Source: Hyalangium minutum
GTDB taxonomy: Bacteria; Myxococcota; Myxococcia; Myxococcales; Myxococcaceae
Assembly (NCBI RefSeq): GCF_000737315.1
Contig: NZ_JMCB01000012.1
Coordinates: 1 to 64,000 of the forward strand
DNA length: 64,000 nucleotides
Reading direction: 5' to 3'
The translations under genes and the position numbers were made by a program. Of the stretch, positions 17,581-24,974 are shown piece after piece; within the stretch, counting starts at the first letter, position 1; each line of letters starts with the position of its first letter. The notes under the pieces were generated by a model. The model was not told where the DNA came from and did not search any database. It saw only the letters and a list, made by a program, of their open reading frames with translations.

Positions 17581-20580
17581 CTATGGCGCGTCTGCCTCGT
17601 AGCGCGTGATGAACTCCACCCGACGGTTGGTGGCGCGTCCCTGCTCGGTCGCATTCGACTGCAGCGGCCGGTCCTCACCGAAGCTCCGGACGGACATGCG
17701 CGAGCGCGCCACGCCTTGACTCTCGAGATAGTCGCGCACCGCGCCTGCACGCCGCAGGGCGAGTTCACGGTTGTACGTGGCTGTGCCGATATCGTCCGTA
17801 TGGCCCTCGATAGAGACGGAGACGATCTCAGGGTGCTCGATGAGCACCTGAGCCACCTGATTCAGCAGCGGGAAGGACACGCTCTTGATGGTGGCCTTGT
17901 CATAGTCGAAATGGATCGTGTCCTTGATGGCAATCCTGCGCCGCTGGATCACCACCAACTGCCGATCCTTGGCGGGGCATCCCTGGTTCTCAGAGGGGCC
18001 AGGAATCTCACGGCAGTTGTCCAGGTGATCCCACACGGTGTCTCCATCCGTATCCTTGAGGGGGCACCCTGCCATCTCGACGATGCCGGCCTTATTGGGG
18101 CACTGATCCTTCTCATCCACCACCCCGTCCCCATCCGAATCGAGCACTGGGCACCCACGGCGAGAAGCAGGACCTGGCTCATCCGGGCACGCGTCGACCC
18201 GGTTGAGCACCCCATCCCTGTCACGATCTGGATCATCCATCTCTTGGGAGGCCTGCTCTTCCAGAGAGGGCTCCCGAGGACGGGCCACCTTCCCAAAAGA
18301 CATCCCGAGCAGAAGACGGAACCGCGGCGTCCCCGGCGCATTGCCCAGCCCCAGGCCCGTGAGTCCCTGCACCTCAAGCAGCTCTCCCACAGGGAGCCTG
18401 ACACCGCCGAGCAGTTCCAAGGAATAGCCCTCACGCTGCAGAGGCACTGAGCCGATGGCGGCCACCTCCCCCCCCAGCCCTTCCGCCGTGGTGGACAGTC
18501 CAGCGCCCAAGCGAAGCGCATGGCCCAACTCGTCTTGGATGTTGTCGTCGTTATTCAAGATGATGCGGGGCCGCAGCATGAAGCCCGCGTCGAGCGAGGC
18601 CCGCACCGCACCGAAGCGACGGCCCAGCATGAGGTTGGGAATGGCATGCAGTTCTCGGGCGAGCGCGGACGCGCTGCCCAGCCCTGGGCTCGCACTCAGC
18701 CCGGCTGAGAGATCCACGGAGTCCTTCCGATGCTCGGCCAGCAGGCTGAGCCGGGCTGTGAGCAGTGGAGTCCCTGGCGCCACACCTCCTTGGGGCGTTC
18801 CTACGCCTCGATCCGTCAGGTCATCACCCTGCTGAGAGAGCACCAGAGGCACCTGTGCCCCCAGTTCTACCCGGCCTCCCAGTCCCACAGCCCCGGAGAG
18901 AACCGCCGTGGCCCGATGGCGGACAACCACGCCCAGAAGCACTCCTTCCTCGTAGAGGATCAGCGGCTTGTTCTCATAATGCCCAGCGAGCGCCAGCCGG
19001 TAGCCACCCGCGGGGAGCAACTCGCCCGTGCCCAGCACCCATGAGCCCATGCCGCTCGGGTTCAACCTGAGGCGTTCCAGTTCGAACGCAGGGATGTCCG
19101 TGGACTGAGCGGAAGTGGGAACGCTTATCGCCAGAGCCCCCAGAATGACGATTCCTCCCCATCCTCTCAGCTTCACACGACCGAACCGCCGAGTTCCCTG
19201 TGGCATGCGCCGACGCCACAGCAGCATCAATGCCACCCACACAACGGGAGCTGCCGCCCCCCGTGTGGCGGCACTGCAGCCACCTCCCACCATGGCACGA
19301 TCTGGCAGTGCTCCACTGGGAGAGCGCACTGTGACGAGGACGGAGCAACTGGCTTGGTTGCCCGCAGCGTCCTTGGCCGTATACGTCACGGTCTTCGTCC
19401 CCACGGTCAAGCGGGGAGCCGAAGATTCAAACCCCGTGATTGCTGAGCAGGTATCCGTGGCCCAGTTCTGCGCAGGGGTTACGGTCGCCAAGCCATCGCT
19501 CTCTGCCTTAACCTCGATGGACTTAGGACAGTTGAGGGTTGGTGCCACGGTGTCCCGAACCTCAACGGTACGGGCGACGGGTGGAGCACTCTGTCCTTTG
19601 GAATCCTGCACGTCATAAGTGATCGTGTAGGGCTTTGGCACGGCAGTGTTCACGCGGCCGGTCGTCACGATCTTGTCCGTCAGATTGCCATCGCACGGAT
19701 CGTTGGCGGTGGCCCCTGGATCCACATACGCCGAGCCACACTCCACCATGGGTACGTTCGGAGCATTGGGGTCGTCCGGATCATTCAGGGTGATGGACGG
19801 AATCGTATGGTCCGTTACGGTCACATACGTGGCGCAGTAGTCGAAGAACTCACCTTGAGCGTTCATGCAGGTAAGGGTCACGTCCGTAATCTCGTCAATT
19901 TTCAGCAGACCCGTTGTCGAAGGACTTTGGGTGCATACAAGCGTCCCGCCCCCAGGCATCGTGGAACCGTTGTCGATACTCACGGTAGCGCCACAGCGTG
20001 TGGTGGCCTGCACTTCACAAGCCTGCTTGCAGTGGACTCCTGGCCCCTGCCCAGGGAGCGGGTACTGAGTTGAGCACAGAGGGAGTTCATCGTTCACTCC
20101 CAGCGGGCGGGAGGGAGTCGACGGTTCCAGCGCACGAGCGCAATTGAGTGCGAGGTAGCGCCCCGTCCGGCTGGGAGACTCACTCGCGCGCAAGATTTTC
20201 TCTGCCAAGGAGGGCTCTCGGCTGTTCGGATACCTCTCCTCGCCAGCAACGACAACGTTACCGTCGACAGCGGCTTCCCAGACGCCACGGGTGCGCTTCA
20301 CTGCCTGGAGACTGTCCGTACCAAGCTGGCACGCGTCGTCACCGATAATGAGGGCTCGGTAGCCACGAAACTGATCCGCGCTCATGGCGCTCCACTGGGC
20401 TGGCGTGACAGCGTGCACGTCCAGGCCGAGCTCTGACGCCATCTGCGCCTCTTGGCTGGGAGCATCACCACTCGCGCTTCCCTTGAGGAGCAAGACGGGG
20501 CGGCTGGCACGTGCAGGCGGCTCACAGGCGAGTGCTCCCCCCACCAGTAGAAGCACCACCGCCAGACTCTCGAGTCTCAT
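17581..20580 (-). CDS. surface protein: DUF5011/HYR Ig-like domains + internal MYXO-CTERM + OM beta-barrel + TSP3 repeats + OmpA C-terminal domain
   Basis: VECGSAYVDPGATANDPCDGNLT (DUF5011-like); GGGCS...LMLLWRRR mid-protein; barrel segment; DRDRDG/DSDGDG/DTDGD repeats; IEGHTDDIG...N.ELAL.RA..V...NRRVEF (OmpA). Confidence 0.88.
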   Translation of the reverse strand: MRLESLAVVLLLVGGALACEPPARASRPVLLLKGSASGDAPSQEAQMASELGLDVHAVTPAQWSAMSADQFRGYRALIIGDDACQLGTDSLQAVKRTRGVWEAAVDGNVVVAGEERYPNSREPSLAEKILRASESPSRTGRYLALNCARALEPSTPSRPLGVNDELPLCSTQYPLPGQGPGVHCKQACEVQATTRCGATVSIDNGSTMPGGGTLVCTQSPSTTGLLKIDEITDVTLTCMNAQGEFFDYCATYVTVTDHTIPSITLNDPDDPNAPNVPMVECGSAYVDPGATANDPCDGNLTDKIVTTGRVNTAVPKPYTITYDVQDSKGQSAPPVARTVEVRDTVAPTLNCPKSIEVKAESDGLATVTPAQNWATDTCSAITGFESSAPRLTVGTKTVTYTAKDAAGNQASCSVLVTVRSPSGALPDRAMVGGGCSAATRGAAAPVVWVALMLLWRRRMPQGTRRFGRVKLRGWGGIVILGALAISVPTSAQSTDIPAFELERLRLNPSGMGSWVLGTGELLPAGGYRLALAGHYENKPLILYEEGVLLGVVVRHRATAVLSGAVGLGGRVELGAQVPLVLSQQGDDLTDRGVGTPQGGVAPGTPLLTARLSLLAEHRKDSVDLSAGLSASPGLGSASALARELHAIPNLMLGRRFGAVRASLDAGFMLRPRIILNNDDNIQDELGHALRLGAGLSTTAEGLGGEVAAIGSVPLQREGYSLELLGGVRLPVGELLEVQGLTGLGLGNAPGTPRFRLLLGMSFGKVARPREPSLEEQASQEMDDPDRDRDGVLNRVDACPDEPGPASRRGCPVLDSDGDGVVDEKDQCPNKAGIVEMAGCPLKDTDGDTVWDHLDNCREIPGPSENQGCPAKDRQLVVIQRRRIAIKDTIHFDYDKATIKSVSFPLLNQVAQVLIEHPEIVSVSIEGHTDDIGTATYNRELALRRAGAVRDYLESQGVARSRMSVRSFGEDRPLQSNATEQGRATNRRVEFITRYEADAP

Positions 20581-20675
20581 GTCCCCAGACCTCTCTCAGG
20601 CCAAGCAAGCAACCCTGGCTCTCTTCATCGGGCCAGCAGCCCTGTCAGCGTGAGAGAGAAGACGGGGGGAAGCGA

Positions 20676-20691
20676 TACGGCGATGGTGGTA
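20676..20691 (+). promoter_or_regulatory. copy 3 of 16-bp motif (TACGGCGATGGTGGTA-CAG)
   Basis: 119 nt upstream of ATG 20811. Confidence 0.5.
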
Positions 20692-20810
20692 CAGATCAGA
20701 CTCCGCACCGTCCTTACGCTGTCCTCACGCAAAGGGTCTGCTGCCCCACCAAGGCCAGGCCCTGTGTGCTGCGAGCACCTCTCCCCGCTCGCACAAGAAA
20801 GGACACCACC

Positions 20811-21956
20811 ATGTCGTCAATCAACTCCATGGGCCCGGGTTTCATGTCGTTCCCGATGCAGACGGGCCTGCCCGCCGGGGCGAACAGGGGCCTGACCTCC
20901 GCCGAGGCCCAGATGGTGCGCGCCGCCAGCATGCAGGCGCAGGTCAATGTGAACATCAACCTGTTCATGAATGTCTTCCAGTCCATGGGGACGATTGGAG
21001 ACATCTGTGGCCCCCGGCCGCGTCCCTGTTTCCCCCAGCCCCCGATGCCCGCCAATCGCTGCCACCCCCAGGGGAGCCTGAAGTCCGACCCCTCCAGCGG
21101 CGTGGTCACCACCCCGGGCGGCTACAAGATCGAGCAACTCAAGCAGCACGACTGGAAGATCACCGGTCCGGACGGCAAGGAGACGAAGATCTGGGGCGAC
21201 CCGCACGTGGCCGAGGGTGACGGCGGCACGTGGGACTTCAAGCGTGACAGCACCTTCGTGCTGGGCGACGGCACCCGCATCAACGTCACCACCAAGCCCT
21301 ATGGCAACGGCATGACGGTGACTGGCGAGCTGGATATCATCTCCGGTAACGACCGCGTGAAGGTGACGGGCATCGACCAGGGCAAGGGCAATGTCGGCCA
21401 AGTCACCCACGACGGCTTCCAGCACGTCAACGACTTCGGTGGCAAGGACGTGTTCGTGATGGGCAAGGAGACCGATGACTGGTCCTTCCAGGGCAAGGAG
21501 ATCGTCGGCAGCAACAATGGCGGCGAGTCCTTCAAGCTGGGCAACGACCTTCCGGCCGGGGTGAAGCCCCATGGCTACATGCCTCGCTTTCCCTTCTTCG
21601 GGAATCCGGCCTTTCCAGGAGGTGTCGGCGCTCCGATGGCAGGCGGCCAGGGCATCCTGCCCGGTGAGCCTGCCCCGGGCATGCAGGGCAACCCGTTCGT
21701 GGATCAGATGCGCATGATGTTCCAGAGCCTGATGCAGCAGTTCCAGTCGATGATGCCGTTCTCGGACATGCTGTCGCAGCGCAACTTCGGCAACGACGCG
21801 CTGAACGCGCCGGGGCTCGGTGGCAACTGGATGAACCGCCGCCAGCAGCACCTGGGGAGCGGGTTCGACAGCATCGGCATGATGATGGGGCTGTTCGCGC
21901 AGATGAGCTCCATGAGCCACAGCGTGCAGTCGCTCCGCAACGGCTTCATCGCCTGA
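20811..21956 (+). CDS. DUF1521/MIIA (metal ion-inducible autocleavage) domain protein
   Basis: ATG 20811 with AAAGGA RBS; TKIWGDPHVAEGDGGTWDFKRDSTFVLGDGTRINV with canonical GDPH (21195-21206); no signal peptide. Confidence 0.85.
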   Translation: MSSINSMGPGFMSFPMQTGLPAGANRGLTSAEAQMVRAASMQAQVNVNINLFMNVFQSMGTIGDICGPRPRPCFPQPPMPANRCHPQGSLKSDPSSGVVTTPGGYKIEQLKQHDWKITGPDGKETKIWGDPHVAEGDGGTWDFKRDSTFVLGDGTRINVTTKPYGNGMTVTGELDIISGNDRVKVTGIDQGKGNVGQVTHDGFQHVNDFGGKDVFVMGKETDDWSFQGKEIVGSNNGGESFKLGNDLPAGVKPHGYMPRFPFFGNPAFPGGVGAPMAGGQGILPGEPAPGMQGNPFVDQMRMMFQSLMQQFQSMMPFSDMLSQRNFGNDALNAPGLGGNWMNRRQQHLGSGFDSIGMMMGLFAQMSSMSHSVQSLRNGFIA

Positions 21957-21978
21957 CACGAGACGGACAGGCACCTCC

Positions 21979-22500
21979 ATGAGCCAGACACCCCAGACCT
22001 CCAGCAACCCCACCGCCCCGAGCCAGGCCGAGCTGGCCCAGCGGCTCATCGCCGGCGACATCACCCCGGCGCAGTTCCTCGGCCTCTCGCAAGAGCAGTT
22101 GTACGTGATCGCCACGACGGCCCATCGCCTGCTGGCGCAAGGGCAGACGCAGCAAGCGCTCACGCTCTTCAAGGGACTGGTGGCGGCGTCCCCATACGAC
22201 AGCGTCTTCCATTGCAACCTGGCCGCCGCGTACGTCCAGGCCGAGCTCTACTCCGAGGCGATGGAGGAGTACTCGCGGGCGATTCAGCTCAACATCGCCA
22301 ACGTGGACGCGCTTGCCGGGCGCAGCGAGCTGCTGCTGCGCGAGGGCCGGGTCGCCGAGGCCTTGAATGATCTCCAGGCGGTGCTGCGGCTGGATCCGAA
22401 GGCCGAGCGGGAGACCACCCAGCGAGCCCGGACCACCCTGGTGCTGCTGAACAAGCTGGCGGACTCGGCCGAGACCGCCGAGCCCCCGAAGCAGCCCTGA
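21979..22500 (+). CDS. SycD/LcrH-like TPR chaperone, paralogue of 15486..16031
   Basis: LSQEQLYVIA...G...A..LFKGL....P.DSVFHCNLA...A..EY..AI.L...DPK.E...QRAR. Confidence 0.75.
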   Translation: MSQTPQTSSNPTAPSQAELAQRLIAGDITPAQFLGLSQEQLYVIATTAHRLLAQGQTQQALTLFKGLVAASPYDSVFHCNLAAAYVQAELYSEAMEEYSRAIQLNIANVDALAGRSELLLREGRVAEALNDLQAVLRLDPKAERETTQRARTTLVLLNKLADSAETAEPPKQP

Positions 22501-22522
22501 GCCTGAGTCTCGTTGCATCACG

Positions 22523-22558
22523 GCGCGCCGGCAGCCCTGCGAGGGGTTGCCGGCGCGC
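22523..22558. terminator. GC-rich hairpin between convergent genes
   Basis: GCGCGCCGGCAGCCC / GGGTTGCCGGCGCGC inverted repeat between stops at 22500 and 22560. Confidence 0.7.
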
Positions 22559-22559
22559 T

Positions 22560-24863
22560 CTACTTTCCGGCCGCGAAGTCGAATTGGAAAACCGTGGCCT
22601 CGCCCGGCGTGATGGTGACGGTGGTGATGAGGTGCTTGCCCAGCTCCTCGTTCTCGAGCCGCAGCCCGTGTGTGCCCTCATAGAGGGTGATGGGCTCAAG
22701 CGGAGTATGTCCCAATCGCTTGCCGTCAAGGATGACCGCCGCGGAGGGATGGATTCGCAGCTCCAAGGTCCCCTTGTTCACGGGGATGTGGAGCGCCCCA
22801 TTGTCGCCCGGAACCAGGACGAACGTGTGGCGCTTCGAGAAGCCCCTCACGGAGTCATACACCTCGACCTGGAGGGGCCCAGGAGGCTGGTTCCTCAGCG
22901 TTACCGGAGAGAGACCCACGAACTGGCCATTGACGCGGATCTGCGCGGGTGGCGAGCTGGAGAGCACGGCCGTTGCCAGCTGTGGCTGCTCGCGGGCGGG
23001 TTCGGAGACTGCAGGCGGCGCTGTAGGGGCCACCTCGATAAGCGGAGGGACGAGCTCTGGCTCGATCTCCCGCCTCGACAGTCCGGAGGTGCCGCCCCCA
23101 GCCTTCACCTTGGAGCGCCTGACCTGGGCCACGGGCTTCTGAACCTCCGCGTGTTCCTTCTGGCTCGGCTCGTCGGCATCCGCCTCCTGGGCCTGCGAGG
23201 CCGCTGGAGCGGGAGGCAACTCCTCGGAAGCACCTGAGGACTGGGGCTCCTCACCTCCTTGCGCGACCGCCTCCTCAGAAGACGGAGACGCATGAGGATT
23301 CTCCCGTGGCGCAGGAGGCTCAGCCTGGGGCACAGATTCCACGAAAGGCGAGGGACTCTCCTCGGACTCCTCGGAGGGCGCGGATGGGATGGCCACCATC
23401 CCAGGCGCCTCGGGTGACTCGCGGCGGGGCACTGGCGTGACGGAGCGCTCCTCTTCCTCTCGAGACAAGCGTGCGCGCCCCAGCAGCAGCGCGGCGCTCA
23501 CAGCAGCCACCAGGCTGCCCGCCAGAGCGGCCTTGAGGCGGCCACTCCCGATGCGACGTTGCTGGGACTTCACCTGGGACGTTGGAGCCAGCCCCACCTC
23601 GACGGAGTTCTCTGGGAGCTGTTCGGGGGCCGGATGCTCACCAGAAGTCATGGTGACAGGGAACTCCCCGCGAGGAGGCTCGCCCTTGCGATTCACCAGG
23701 AGAATGATGGAGCGATCCGTGGCCACGGAAGCGGGCTCCTGCGCCTCGGGCAGAGGCGGTACTGGGAGCGGCGGCGGCTGAGGCCGGGCCTTGGGAGATG
23801 ACGTACGCGTTGCCGGTGCTCGCGGCTTCGACATGGGTGGAGGCGTCGCCTTGGGCGAGGACTGAGGCGACGAACTCTTGCTCGACGAGGTGCCAGTGTC
23901 CGCGGGAAGAGGCCCCTGGCTGGCGGGCATCAGCCGGGCGACCAGAGCGGCCAGCTCTTCAGCACCCACGGGCTCCCCCGTGCTCAGGACGAAGCGCTCG
24001 AGGTCCGCGCGAAGCTGACGGCAGCTGGGGTAACGCTCCTCTCGGTTCTTGGCCAGACACCGCTGGACGATGCGCTCGAGCGCCTCGGGAGCGCCGGGCA
24101 GATACTCCGAGAGCCGCTTCATGGGCTTGTGGAGGATGGCCTCCATGATGTCCGCTTCGCCCTTGGCACTGAAGGGGCGACGGAAGGTGAGCAGCTCATA
24201 AAGCACCATGCCCAGCGCGAACACATCCACCCGCCGATCCAGGGGCCTGCCGCGCATCTGCTCGGGGGGCATGTACGGCAGCTTGCCTTTGACCATACCG
24301 GCCTTGGTGAGATGCGTCTGTCCTACGGCCTTGGCGATGCCGAAGTCCACCACCTTCACCGTGCCATTTCGGTCGATCAGGATGTTGTCGGGGCTGACGT
24401 CCCGGTGAACGAGCCCGAAGGGCTTCTGCGTCTCAGGGTCGACGAGCTCGTGGGCATGAGCCAGTCCCTCACAGGCTGAGGCGACCATCTTGGCGCACAG
24501 AGCGGGAGGGATCGACTGGCCCAGGGAGCCCGCCCTGCGCATGAGGGCGCGGAGATTGGGCCCGTCGATGAACTCCATGGCGATGTAGTAAGCGCCGTCG
24601 AACTCACCGAAGTCGAAGATCTGAACGACGTTGGGGTGGTTGATCCGGGCGACAAGCCGGGCTTCGCTCAGGAACATCTCCACGAACTGCTCGTCTCCTG
24701 CGAGATGGGGAAGAATGCGCTTGAGGACGAGCGTCTTGGAGAACCCCCGAGGCCCATCGGCACGCGCGAGGAAGACCTCGGCCATCCCGCCTGACGCGAG
24801 CTTCCGGATCAGTTGATACGAACGGCTGAGTTGCACACGGAACCCCGCGGGATGGCCAGACAT
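22560..24863 (-). CDS. membrane Ser/Thr protein kinase with C-terminal PEGA domains
   Basis: Start probably ATG 24863; LASGGMAEV, VLKRI, HRDVSPDN, DFGIAK, YMPPEQ; Pro-rich linker, TM helix, PEGA-like VRVNGQFVGLSP and VILDGKRLGHTP. Confidence 0.92.
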   Translation of the reverse strand: MSGHPAGFRVQLSRSYQLIRKLASGGMAEVFLARADGPRGFSKTLVLKRILPHLAGDEQFVEMFLSEARLVARINHPNVVQIFDFGEFDGAYYIAMEFIDGPNLRALMRRAGSLGQSIPPALCAKMVASACEGLAHAHELVDPETQKPFGLVHRDVSPDNILIDRNGTVKVVDFGIAKAVGQTHLTKAGMVKGKLPYMPPEQMRGRPLDRRVDVFALGMVLYELLTFRRPFSAKGEADIMEAILHKPMKRLSEYLPGAPEALERIVQRCLAKNREERYPSCRQLRADLERFVLSTGEPVGAEELAALVARLMPASQGPLPADTGTSSSKSSSPQSSPKATPPPMSKPRAPATRTSSPKARPQPPPLPVPPLPEAQEPASVATDRSIILLVNRKGEPPRGEFPVTMTSGEHPAPEQLPENSVEVGLAPTSQVKSQQRRIGSGRLKAALAGSLVAAVSAALLLGRARLSREEEERSVTPVPRRESPEAPGMVAIPSAPSEESEESPSPFVESVPQAEPPAPRENPHASPSSEEAVAQGGEEPQSSGASEELPPAPAASQAQEADADEPSQKEHAEVQKPVAQVRRSKVKAGGGTSGLSRREIEPELVPPLIEVAPTAPPAVSEPAREQPQLATAVLSSSPPAQIRVNGQFVGLSPVTLRNQPPGPLQVEVYDSVRGFSKRHTFVLVPGDNGALHIPVNKGTLELRIHPSAAVILDGKRLGHTPLEPITLYEGTHGLRLENEELGKHLITTVTITPGEATVFQFDFAAGK

Positions 24864-24902
24864 CCTAGTCACGCAGTTACAGCGGATGCTCCATCCACCG
24901 GG

Positions 24903-24918
24903 TACCACCAAGGAGGTA
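24903..24918 (-). promoter_or_regulatory. copy 4 of 16-bp motif (TACCTCCTTGGTGGTA)
   Basis: 39 nt upstream of ATG 24863; near-perfect palindrome. Confidence 0.55.
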
Positions 24919-24974
24919 CAGCTTCAGCCCATTTCCCTGCTTGAGAGCGATCGCCCAACGCTGCGCAACGTTAG

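Noticed and set aside
13101-20705. AGACTCCG as an independent promoter box in the three cassette leaders
   Set aside because: Spacing to the 16-bp motif varies widely (about 6, 42 and 65 nt), and one copy is part of a hairpin stem; kept only as weak support for shared ancestry.
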